Shown here piece by piece: positions 37,987 through 49,245 of a stretch of DNA of 64,000 nucleotides. The notes below the pieces were generated by a model that was not told where the DNA came from, did no database searches, and saw only the letters and a program-made list of their open reading frames with translations. The DNA is from Podarcis vaucheri (lineage: Eukaryota): NCBI GenBank assembly GCA_965113315.1, contig OZ220374.1, one strand, 5' to 3'. The number at the start of each line of letters is the position of its first letter. The stretch's first letter is position 1. Position numbers and translations under genes: made by a program.

Positions 37987-40900
37987 ATGGGTTGCTGTTT
38001 CAGTAAAGAACTCAACAGCAAGAATGAGAAGATGAGTCTTTTGCAAAAATCAACTGAAGAGGAGACGTTGGAAAACGGGATAAGTAAAACTTTAACTTCC
38101 ATTTTGGAGACCATGGAAAGAAAGGAGCTGCATGTAATCCAAGAGGCAGTTTCTGGAACACCTGCTATTCATAATAATTGCGTAGAGCCAGTTAAATATC
38201 CTTCAGGCCATTGTGCGGGGATCGCTGAAGGTGGCCACAACCCCAGTAGATCTTTTAATCTTTATCCACATAATGCAAGAAAGGTCTTGAATGGTTATGG
38301 CAGTTTACAAGAGTGCAGACGAATGGAAGATATGGATGGTGCTGAAAATCTTCCAGAAAGTAGCAGTAGTAATGTTCAATGTGTGAATAATGCAGGCAGC
38401 TACCATATTAATAGCAATAATGAAACAGGATCTACTGTAGCTGGAAAGCCATGCCGTTCATTTGAAAGTACTTCTTCATGTGTGCCGGTGGCTGTAAGCC
38501 AAGGAAGCATCTTCCCGAAAGCCTTAAGTACATGTGGAATAAAAGGCAAGCCAGTTATGGGTGAGTGCTTATTAGTGCAGGATGAAGTAGATTCTGTTAA
38601 AAGTAATTGTAGTGCAGTAGGTTCAGGTAGAGCAGACAGAGAGACAGCAGCTTCAAGCTTTGCATATCTTGATATTGACAGGCCCCGTATAAGTATCAGA
38701 GATGAATTCTACAGTATTTGTATAGTTGATGATGATCTGAGAATGGATCTAGAAGAAGGGCAAGTTATTGTGCACGGAGAGACTGCTTTAGAGGTAGAAA
38801 GTTCAGCTGTTCAGGAGATGTACAGTATGACATGGCCTGGGGAAAGTGGGAAGGAATTGTTAGTCCCGAAGAAGCCGGTTCAGGTGCCTGTTGACTTCAG
38901 TGCTCTGAAAGATGAATCTCCCAGTATAATAAAGGATAGTTTACTGATGCCAAAAAGTGAAATGGGGGTAAAAGCTCCAGTTGGCTTAGTGAATGGGGAT
39001 CACAGGTTAAATACTGACAGAATAGCAGCAGATGTGTTAAGGGCACAAGCACATGGCGAAGATCTTACTAAAAATAGAACCCAGGAAATGAATATGGTAG
39101 ATAGTAGTAGAATCTTTGTGAATGAATCACTTGGTGAAAACAATAATTCTCCAACACCTGTGCATTTGGAGAAAGGCATGAAATATTCTCTGCAATTAAA
39201 AAGCAGGACTCATGCATGGACTTCCTTTTTCAATAGTGAGAACAAATGTGTCACTGAAGGTGTAAAGTCTGAATCTAATGAAAATCAAAATACCGAAGGT
39301 GAAAACTCTAAACAGTTGTTGGGAAGCCTGAAGTTTTCATCAGAGTTTGAGGACACAACTGGTCATTTCCTCTCTGTAAGTCAAAATAACACAAAAAACC
39401 AAAGTCAGATGAATAGGCCAAACTTTACAGGAAGCACAAATGAATTTTGGAGAGTATCTGCCCGCAATGATAAGAAAATCCCTAACTTTTCTGAACAGTT
39501 TAATCCAGAGCTACTCCTGAAATATGAAGATGATTCTGATCTTGGAACATTCTGCTCCCATGGGGATCTGAGAGAAAGCACCATTAAAACACTTCCAACA
39601 TCAGAGAGTGTGGCTTTTGAAGCGGAAATACCCCATGTTTCAGAGCTTACCAGTTATGAAGACGGCAGCTTTATAAGGGCTGCTCATCAAAACCTGTCTC
39701 AAATAGATAACATACCTTCAGAGATGAGTGATTTGACAGAAGGATCATGGGGAAGCGAAGAGACATTAACTTTTTCTAAACCTCTTAATGTAAATGTAAA
39801 TGAATATGAAAGAATCCAAAATGAAAATTGCTTGGAAGTTCAAGTTCCACACAACCTCTCTAAAAAGGATGGCAAAACAAATGACTATTCCAGTTCACTT
39901 AACGAAGATAACAGCTGCTGTGTCTCTTTAGCACATTCTGAAGTGAGTGAGATGGATTTGAATGATGAACAATGCAAGCTATGGAACAAATGTACATTCC
40001 ATAGACTGGAAGATCAGCTGAGTGCAGGGACTGACCCTCACAAATTAATAGCAACTGCAGAAGAGCCTGTAAATGGGTTGAAATGGGAAACACACCATGA
40101 AAGGAAAACACATAGTGAAATAGAAACCAAGGCAGATTCTGAAAATTTCACTGTTCAAGATGACTGTATGTTAAATGGCAATAATGATCTAATGCAAAAA
40201 CTTAGAGTATCTTCAAATATGCAAGAGAGGCCTTTAGTTCTGGAGGAGTCTTTAAGTATCCTGCAGATTGATAAAGCTAATAGTCAGCTTGAAACAGAGA
40301 GACTTCCTGCATCAGTTGATGAAAGTGATGCTAGAAATGTAAAAATAGAAACTAGTCACACTGAGACATCGACCAGATCAAGGGGAGGGAAATCAGGATT
40401 CTACGGAAACAGCTCTTTACCCAAACAGAGTATAATGGAAACCATGTGCCCTCTTAGGCCTTTAAATTCTGAAGTTTCAATTCCCTGTGCAGATATATTA
40501 ACAGAAAATGCAAAGGACTCTGCTCCCCAAAACGGCCAGCAGAAACTGAACATTGAGGTGGAATGTGCTTCCAGATCAGATGCCAAAGACTCTCTGACTT
40601 GTACTGATGCAGTTGGGATTTGTATTGACCCCAAGCAGGTAGACAAATATGCTGCTACTCCTTCGTACGAAATACCTCTGGCCTCTGTTAACGATCAAGA
40701 ATGTGACCAAGGCAATGCAAAGCATGTATTGGATCTGATGGAAGATATATTAAAGGAATCTGATAACACACACAAAATGGATATGGGCGATTCCCAAGGT
40801 GATCCGCTTTGTCCATCTGCTCCACTAAGTGGTTTGTTTTCATCTGCCAAGTTTACAGATGATCAGGAATATCTGATGGGATATTTGTGGATTAATTCAT

Positions 40901-41061
40901 CTTTTAACAAAACGGATAGCTCATGCAGTGCTAGTGAGGCGCTCCAAAATGAAACTGGCGATGTGACCGTTCCTTCTTTTGAAATGGGAGGATACCCTTA
41001 CCAGTTGCTAGTACAACAAAACAGTGATATCTGGGGATGGCAAGATAGAGATGAAGGATAT
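37987..41061 (+). CDS. LARP4B: Putative alternative giant first coding exon of LARP4B (1,025 aa, MGCCFSK..., S/E/N/D-rich, probably disordered)
   Basis: Uninterrupted 3.1 kb ORF in an AT-rich intron. Strong Kozak aaaATGG, upstream in-frame TGA at 37921. Donor TAT|GTAAGT after exactly 1,025 codons, phase 0, compatible with the PAM2w exon at 43975. Confidence 0.8.
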
Positions 41062-42239
41062 GTAAGTATTTCACTATCATAATTTGATTCATCAGGCACT
41101 TTTGAAAAGAAGTTGCTGTAATCCAAGGTGAAGATTTTGATTTGATGTATGATATTCTAAAACTCCAGCAGTGTTTCCATTTGTTTGAGTTAAGCCACTG
41201 TCAAATGCTAAAATGGAGGCATACATAACAGCACATCTTGGTACCTGTGTTGTGGCAGGCATAGACATCTCTTTTGTTGCCTCTCACCCATCCATAGCCT
41301 CTGAAGGTTGCCACAAAGTTGATATTTTACAACTTACTGTAACGTTCTCCCTAAAACAGATTGGAAAAATGCTTGGGTTAAATTTTAATACATTATTGAT
41401 GAGCCGATTTTTATCATTGCTCAGAAGTTTGAACTGGGAAGTAAATAATTGTGTCCCTACACCTGCACTCCTATCTGAGAGCTGAAGGACGAGGATTTGA
41501 AAAAGCATCTTGCTACCATTACGTTGTAAAATTGCTTTTAGCCATTTGTGAGCGGTAGCTTTGTAACGGTGGTCGGGGTCTAATTGAGGGCACGTAAGTG
41601 AGCCTTACTCGAACACAGGAGGACTTACTTCTGAGTAGGCTATGTATGGGATTGCAGTGCACATGTCTAGTCTGGGCAATTCCCTGCTCCCCTAGCACTG
41701 TGTGTAGAGAATTACTGTAATGCTAACTTGGTTGCTGTAACTGCTTTGAACTTGGGCTGTTGCAGGATTTGCTGCCATGTTTCCATGTTGAATAGAGGGG
41801 TGCATTTCATTCATTTTTTTCCAGAGTTTCTTGGGGCACACCTAACTGTTGGAAGCTGGACAGCTCCAGCGCTCTTTCTCTTAATCCTTTTTTGGATTTG
41901 TGTTTTACTTTTCGTTACTGCCTCTGGCAGTGGCAGCAGAGCTCCTCAGTGGCAGCCAGCCAGCAATATTATGTCCCTGGAACATTGCTAAGCAAGAGGT
42001 AGCATTGTTTGATTGAGGCTGGGAAGACTATGGGGGGAATACTCCCAAGGCTCAAATCCTATGCCCTGCTAGGATTAAGCTCCATCAAACACAGTGGGAT
42101 GTGCTTCTGAGTAGACATGTGCAAGATTGCATTGAAACTGAGGAGGGGAGTCTTCATCATCACAAACTTCAGCTGGCTATCAAGGCCAGCCAAAACTCTG
42201 ATGGCCCCTGCCCTTTCCTAATGTAAAGGAATACATTTC

Positions 42240-42372
42240 TCATAGAATCATAGAGTTGGAAGGGACCCTGAGTCCAATCTAGTCCAATGCCCTCCAGTGC
42301 AGGAATATGCAGCTGTCTCTTACAGGGATCGAACCTGCAACCTTGGCATTGTCAGCACCATACCTACTGAGG
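42240..42372 (-). mobile_element. tRNA-Ile-like-headed SINE with CR1-type tail
   Basis: Reverse complement reads 'ggtgctgacaatgccaaggttgcaggttcgatccc' then 'ggtcccttccaactctatgattctatga'. Confidence 0.6.
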
Positions 42373-43974
42373 TATCCGAGCTTAGATTTGTTTCTAGGTT
42401 TGTTGCTTAAAAACTATAGAGCAATGATGTTTGGAGTTGTGCAGCAGTTATTACCGCTAGGGTTGTTATTCAGAGAGAGAACACTTGTCTTGTTATGTTT
42501 GTGGTTTTGTCTTTATTTTGAAAGGCAGGCAAGAGCCAAAATGGTCACAATTTATTGTGGAAATTATCCTAGACATAAATTGCTCATAGCGATACCAATC
42601 GTGCAAGCCTTAATTCTTCAAGGGAATTATTGTGTAAGGGGAATTGTTGCACAAATACACCCATCTTATCATAACCACATGATTAGAAGATTGTAAAGCA
42701 TGCATTGCAATAGGTAGCTAGTTCAATCATTTATGACATGATTGAAATCTAATCTTATAGGCCATCATCTTTGAGGACATTTTCATAGTTGTACAATATA
42801 AGCTATGAATCCTTCTTCATACCTTGCCTCAGCCCATGGGCTTGCTAGGGGGCCTTAAGAAAACTCGCATCAATCACTTTCCCCCTTCCTCTGTAGTAAG
42901 AATATGTTTGGACATTCCCTTACAGAACTGGTTCAAAGATTATGGAGTTAACATCCGCTTTTGATCTTGCCAATGCTTAGATTTACTTTTACCTTTACTA
43001 TGGCTCCTTTTTTTGATAATGTTTGTTTACTGCTTTTGTAAGCCTCATTCTTGCACACTGCTCTGGCACGGCACAACGAATGTTGCCATCTATTTTTGAC
43101 TAACCACAGCTTAGCCTTAAGTCTGAATCTGGACAACCTGCAGTTAATCTTAACTATGAAGCCTGCATTTTTTTTTTAGTAAACTACAGTTAAAATTAAC
43201 CACAGTTTAGGGCTCAGATATAACACTAAACTGGGGTTGTTGTTGTTGTTATTAATTTAAAAAAAACAGATAGAAGCTGCGAGTCTCCTCATAGCTACAC
43301 CCAGGCATGGGAGAGTGTGCAGATCCAAGGCTCACACAGGCGGCTCCTCCTAATGCTAAATCATGGAGGGAGGTAGCGCATGAATGTCATACTTGCACAG
43401 GCTCATATTGGTAACACTACAATGTGATTTAGTGTAACCATGTGAATGTAGCCACTGTTGAAAACCACTTGGATGTCTCCATTTGGTGGGAAAAGTGGAG
43501 TATAAATCTGATCATAAATATAAATGAAGCCTGGGTGGTAACTTTCATAAATGGAGCAGAGCTTTCCTGACTCCTGCTACCTCCTGCAGCTTCCTGTGGT
43601 CTCATCCCAATTGAGTTGGGTCCTTTGGGAAAGGTGTAAGATTATTTTTGGGTGGGGGGACGACTGCTGATGGAGGAGAGACTTGTCAGAAATACCTCCT
43701 TACAAGAGTACAAGAGAAGGAGAACAACTTGGAATCTAAGACAATTGATGTTACTTCTTTGAATATTCCAAAGAGCTATACAAATGATAAATGTGGATGA
43801 ATTTGCCTTGACAAGTAATGTAGGTTGAGTTTACATAAGCACCGAATGGCCTCTAGCCACAAGACCTCTTATTCCACTGCTGTATATCTTTTAACCATTT
43901 GTGGGTTGCATTTATAATAAGGAACCACGTAAAATTACAGGCATTTAGAGCGTAACCCAATTGTTATTTCCTAG

Positions 43975-44122
43975 GAGTCGGCCAAGGTTTCTGAACTAAA
44001 TCCTAATGCAAAAGTATGGGGGAATCATATGTTACATGTGGAAGCAAGCGGGGCTAATGATGGCGGCGTGAGCAAAACCTGGGAAGAAATAGCAGATCAT
44101 CCACCAGATTCCTGCAAAGAAG
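43975..44122 (+). CDS. LARP4B: LARP4B exon with variant PAM2 (PAM2w) motif ESAKVSELNPNAKVW
   Basis: ctag|GAG ... AAG|gtacga, 148 nt, phase 0 to 1. SELNPNAxVW is the LARP4-family PABP-MLLE binding motif. Confidence 0.95.
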
Positions 44123-44224
44123 GTACGATTCTAGCTGAGTGTGCTGGTCCTCTGAGCCTTTTCTTTCTAATTTAAAGCAGATAAAGAATTTTTTGGTTTG
44201 TGACTCCTGCAACTTTTTCTGCAG

Positions 44225-44386
44225 GGTTGGAGGCCAACGGTGATGGTGACAAAAAGCACCAGAATGAATCGTTAACAGAACTGCAAGAACCATCAGTGAC
44301 AGCTCCACTGTCAGACCAGACAGATATGAACCCTTTGGCTCTAGATCATTCAGAGTATGAATCTATACACGAAAACACTCAGACAG
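44225..44386 (+). CDS. LARP4B: LARP4B exon (LEANGDGDKKHQNES...SEYESIHENTQT)
   Basis: gcag|GG ... CAG|gtaag, 162 nt, phase 1 to 1; similar to recalled human DANGDGD...DMNALAL..SEY. Confidence 0.92.
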
Positions 44387-45653
44387 GTAAGAAAGAGGAG
44401 GCTTCCTTGTATGTTTTTAAAATGGTTTTCCAACTTACAAAATGACCCCCAGTGTTTATCCTAAATATGTCTTTGACAGGAACTTATAAATTACAAGCTA
44501 CTGAAGAAATTTACCTGGGCAACACTGAATTATAGGCATTGCTACAGAAATGATTAAACAGTAACAATAGTTGCTTATAGGAATCCTTGATGCATAGTCT
44601 GAAATAAGTAGTGCCTATTAATGTGACAATTTTACCAGGACATTTGCATGTATTTATATGTGGGGCTCAGTCTGCTTCATTTAGGACAAACCACTGTTTG
44701 CCCCCGGGCTTGTGACTACAGTACATTTAAAGAAATACCAGATTGATCATATGTACAATATTTCAAATGTTCAAACTTGCCTCCGTCATTAAAAAGCAAT
44801 CTAAACTTTGAAGTCTCAACAGCCCAGACAATGCTAGGAACTTTGAACCTTCAATGTCTTGGGTAGTGAATATATTTACTAGATGAACTGAGTATTTTAT
44901 AGGATCACAGGATGTAGTGTTGACATGTTATCTTGGAAGACTAAGTTGTATAATGAAAAGTGCCTACAGTGCATAATTCAGGAGTAGTGCTCTCTAGTTC
45001 CCACCATCCCTGACCATCGGCCATGTTTATTTTAATTTTTTTTAAAATGAAGATTGTATTCTTTGGCAAAGGCAAGAAAAGCTGAATGATTCACATTATG
45101 CACATTTTATTTGCTTAATTCAGTAATTCTGCTTTTGCTAGTTACAGAGAAAGACAAACTTTGCAGGGCATTACATCTGCTCACTGTGCAACCCACACAT
45201 GACATTGCCTACATGGTATCAATCCTCCACAATCTCAGGGCCAGAAACTTGCTTTGCAGACTTCTGCAGCTAGTGTCAAATACTGTGTTTTCAGGGTGTG
45301 AACATAGGATTTCAACCAATGCACAGCTCTACCATTTTTATACAGTATATAGGCTGAGGATAGATACCACCTGCCTGGGGTACTGTCTGTTTTAAACTAA
45401 TGTTATTGGGGAAACCTAATAACTCATCTAAGGAAGTCACATTGCACAAGCATTTTTCTGTTGTGCAAACAGGCAGATATCATTGGATGTTGTTCAGTGC
45501 AGCCTAACACTATAATTCTTGTGTCATTTCTTCTGAGTCCAGAAAAGGAACTTTTCAAAACATTATATAATTCTCTTATCCATCTTAATCAATTTGGAGC
45601 TCCCTTCTGCTTTTTTCCAACTGATAATCTAAGTTTTTACTTAATAGACTAAA

Positions 45654-45654
45654 T

Positions 45655-45695
<41 letters not shown>
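45654..45695. repeat. (AAC)n microsatellite at the L2 tail
   Basis: About 14 AAC units. Confidence 0.9.
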
Positions 45696-45696
<1 letters not shown>

Positions 45697-46043
45697 TTAT
45701 TATTTATACCCCGCCCATCTGGCTGGGTTTCCCCAGGCACTCTGGGCGGCTTCCAACAAAACACTAAAATACAATAACCTATTAAACATTAAAAGCTTCC
45801 CTAAACAGGGCTGCCTTTAGATGTCTTCTAAAAGTTTGGTAGTTATTTTTCTCTTTGATACCTGGTGGGAGGGCATTCCACAGGGCGGGTGCCACTACCG
45901 AGAAGGCCCTCTGCCTGGTTCCCTGAAACTTGGCTTCTTGCAGCGAGGGAACTGCCAGAAGCCCTCGGAGCTGGACCTCAGTGTCCGGGCAGAACGATGG
46001 AGGTTGAGACGCTCCTTCAGGTATACTGGACCGAGGCCGTTTA
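45696..46043 (-). mobile_element. Relatively intact L2 LINE 3' end
   Basis: Reverse complement encodes GPVYLKERL...RAFSVVAPALWNALP; 3' end shared with 4288-4545 and ~14150-14190. Confidence 0.8.
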
Positions 46044-46821
46044 GCAAAAAGAATTTAGCTCGTGTCTGCTGCAACGTCTGATGGCAAGAATTTCCACTGT
46101 AGTACCAAACACAATCCTGGCTGTTAAAATTATAATGAATAATGCAACTTTCTTACATAAGAGTTTCTTACATAAGAGTTTCATGTTGGTCTTTGTACTT
46201 TGAAGCTAACAAATGAATTTTTTTTCATATTATATCATTATATCATGGTGCTGTGCACATATTTCAAACTGCTTTCTCGGCAGTAATATATTTCAAGTTT
46301 TAAAGATGACGTTTGAGATACTTGTCTGCATTGAGTGTGTAAAGGGTGTACATAACAGAGCAGAAAAAATAAATACTAGAAGCCTTCTTGATACCTTCCA
46401 GATATATAAAAATTTATTCCTGTTCAAATATTTACATATTTTACATCACCCTTATTTCTTAAAAGCTATTGCAACTGGAAAGGAATCCTAACTAATTTGT
46501 CAGTTGTTTATGTATTGATGGTAATATAAAATGATTGTTGCTTGGCTTTTCAATGGAGCCAACCTTTTCTAATGAGATGGGGTGGGTAGACTGTGGATGC
46601 AAGCTTATGTGTGTCTGTGCTCCACCAAAGTTTCTGCTGAGTCCGGATATTTAGGATCATGTGCAAGATACTCTTTGTGTCATGAGTTGGTATGAAGGGT
46701 ACTTTATTTAACCTCTATTGCCATTGCAAATAAGGTGACCTTTGACACTTGAAGGAAGCTACTTTTTATGAAGGCTTGGTTTCTCCCCCAACTTTGTAAA
46801 ACTCATGTCTTCTGTTTCTAG

Positions 46822-46903
46822 AAGGTAAAGAACAGCTGCAGTCAGAAGGTCAGGAAGACTTGCGAGAAGTACTGAAAAAAACACTGGAGTTCTGTTTATC
46901 TAG
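46822..46903 (+). CDS. LARP4B: LARP4B exon, start of La motif (QEDLREVLKKTLEFCLSR)
   Basis: ctag|AAG ... TAG|gtaagc, 82 nt, phase 1 to 2. NAGNAG acceptor allows an alternative start at 46825. Confidence 0.95.
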
Positions 46904-47703
46904 GTAAGCATAACATGTATTCAGTAGTGACCACTCATGCTGTATTTATTTAAAGCATTTTTGTTGGTAGCAAGAAAAATAGAGATATATAGAATTCTTA
47001 GATGCCAATATCCAGGTTTGGGAAAAATGTTATTGCAAAATATGCAGCAAAGCAAAGCAAAATCTGCAGCATAGAGAGAGACCACTCATTTGATAAGTTT
47101 AAAAAGGTTGATTTATATACTCACAAATGATAGGTCCATGTGCTTTTCCATGCAGCATTCAGTAAAGGTTCCACAGGCATTAAAACGTGGCTTAGTTATA
47201 CTGGTGAAAGTTCCTAAATTATTGGTGTAGGAATTTAAGAGAGACCTGTTAGAGTGATGTGGTCTGCGCTTGGAGCAAGCAGCTCAGATCTCCCAAATTG
47301 AGCTTCTCAAGTAGACTGTGAGGTACAGCGATAAGGCTTGATTACATTCCTCCCAGGTTGGAGGGGAGCGACATAGCTAAGCCTGCCAGGCCAGCTTACT
47401 CTGTGGCATCAAACCCTTCATGCATTAATTAGACTTAGGCATGTTGGTTATCCCACATTTTTATCCCACTCTTCATACCAGAAAAGAAAAAGGCTTCCAG
47501 AGCAGTTTACAGATATTTGCCTTTTAGGATGATAGGTTAGGTCATGTGTGAGGAACCTTTGCCCTTTCAGATGCTGCTGAGTTACAACTCCCGATCAGCT
47601 CTAGTGATCATGTTGATCAATAAGCAAGTCAAATGCAACTTTTTCGCTTGTGTAAAGATAAAGAAAGGAGTTTTATAATGAAGACTCTGCTTTCCTTCAA
47701 CAG

Positions 47704-47840
47704 AGAGAATCTTGCCAGTGACATGTACCTTATATCTCAGATGGACAGTGATCAGTATGTGCCAATAATGACAGTAGCAAACCTTGATCACGTCAAGAAG
47801 CTGAGCACTGATATGGATTTGATTGTTGAAGTGCTGCGAT
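47704..47840 (+). CDS. LARP4B: LARP4B exon, La motif ([20 protein letters not shown]...LIVEVLR)
   Basis: acag|A ... GAT|gtaagt, 137 nt, phase 2 to 1. Confidence 0.97.
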
Positions 47841-48740
47841 GTAAGTAATTGACAAAGCACCTATTTTTGACTTGAAGATGAATAGTGAGTTTTTGTTCTG
47901 TGAGGTGCATAGCATTGGGGGAGGGTTGAAGCCAGCGGGTGAGTGCAACATTTAGAAAACTGTACTTAAATGACAATAAACCTGTCTTGGCAGTAAATTC
48001 ATGCTTGCAGCGAGAGACCTGCCATTTAATCTTCTGTTTTATACAATAGATTTATTGGAGAATGCCCCTCTGTCAAACTGCTCGACTTGGGTATCCTAAT
48101 GATACTGCATTGTTGCAGTTAAACGTATATTCAGTATGTAGCTTGTTAGCGTCAGCCACTACAGACTTTTCTAAGTGGAAGTTCTCCAAGGTTGGTTTCA
48201 AAAGATACCTAGCAGGTTTCTGCTCCAGCACACCATTTGCAATTTTTATTTAGCAGTTTACTAATTAAACCTGTCAAGCATAAATTTTTTGTATCGTGGC
48301 TAAAGTATTTGAAAGTAATTACCACTGGTGTGAGGCAGTTTGGAATCTGATAAGTGAAGCGCTTGATGGTCACTCCTGATGATTTGTTTAGTGTAGTACC
48401 AAAGAGTAGTGTTGGAATGTACACTCTTTCATTTCAAAGTGGGGAAAAGGGCAATACAAGGTGGACTTTCTAACAGAATAAGACTGGTAGGAGTGGGTTC
48501 CCCCCTCTGAAAGGCTTCACTAAGAGGTGTGGTGAACACTCCAGGATCTTTCCTAAAGTAAGTTGTTTGCCTGGGAGACTTGACAGGCATGTTCCACGTT
48601 TGTACACATTTATTTACAAACCGGAGATGAATAAGGTAACAGATCTTACTCTAGTCCTACAAAACTGCAGTGTGTGCAAAACAAAGCCTTGCTTAACTGG
48701 TTGAATTCAAAGTAACTGTGTTGTATGTGTCTTCCCCTAG

Positions 48741-48844
48741 CATTGCCTTTAGTCCAAGTGGACGAGAAGGGTGAAAAAGTCAGGCCAAACCAGAATCGCT
48801 GCATTGTGATTTTACGTGAAGTACCTGAATCTACTCCAATTGAA
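48741..48844 (+). CDS. LARP4B: LARP4B exon, La motif end and RRM start ([34 protein letters not shown])
   Basis: ctag|CA ... GAA|gtaagt, 104 nt, phase 1 to 0. Confidence 0.97.
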
Positions 48845-49123
48845 GTAAGTTCTGTATACAGCAGTCAAACAATTCGCAACATGCTTTAAAAAAATCCCAC
48901 CCACCCTATACCTTTGCCATGGTGCTGGGTGGCTACAGCTTTAATTGTGATTCTCTCTCTTGGCGATCACTTGTGGCCAAGTAAGCTTTTCTTCCATATA
49001 ATATTTTCCAAGTAAGATTTACTTCCATATAATTGTGCATTCATGATATCACTCACAACTTTATAAAGCATACAAGGAAAACAATCCCACACTCAACCAA
49101 TAACTAAATACCTGTTTAAAAGA

Positions 49124-49245
49124 CTATGGCAGACCAACACGGCTACCTATCTGTGTATCTGAAGAAGTGTGCATGCACACGAAAGCTCATACCAAGAACT
49201 AACTTAGTTGGTCTTTAAGGTGCTACTGGAAGGAATTTTTTTATT
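49124..49245. mobile_element. Penelope-like element terminal fragment
   Basis: 'tatctgaagaagtgtgcatgcacacgaaagctcatacc...gttggtctttaaggtgctactgga' flanked by a 12-bp direct repeat CTGTTTAAAAGA. Family assignment from memory. Confidence 0.65.

Noticed and set aside
37930-41082. The 1,050-aa ORF as a stand-alone intronless gene or transposon/viral protein
   Set aside because: The listed start is GTG. A consensus donor lies 7 codons before the end in the correct phase for LARP4B. I saw no AATAAA shortly downstream and no RT, transposase, gag or env motifs. An unspliced form cannot be fully excluded.
42310-42372. tRNA-Ile-like sequence
   Set aside because: Degenerate and fused to a CR1-type tail, so it is a SINE head rather than a tRNA gene.
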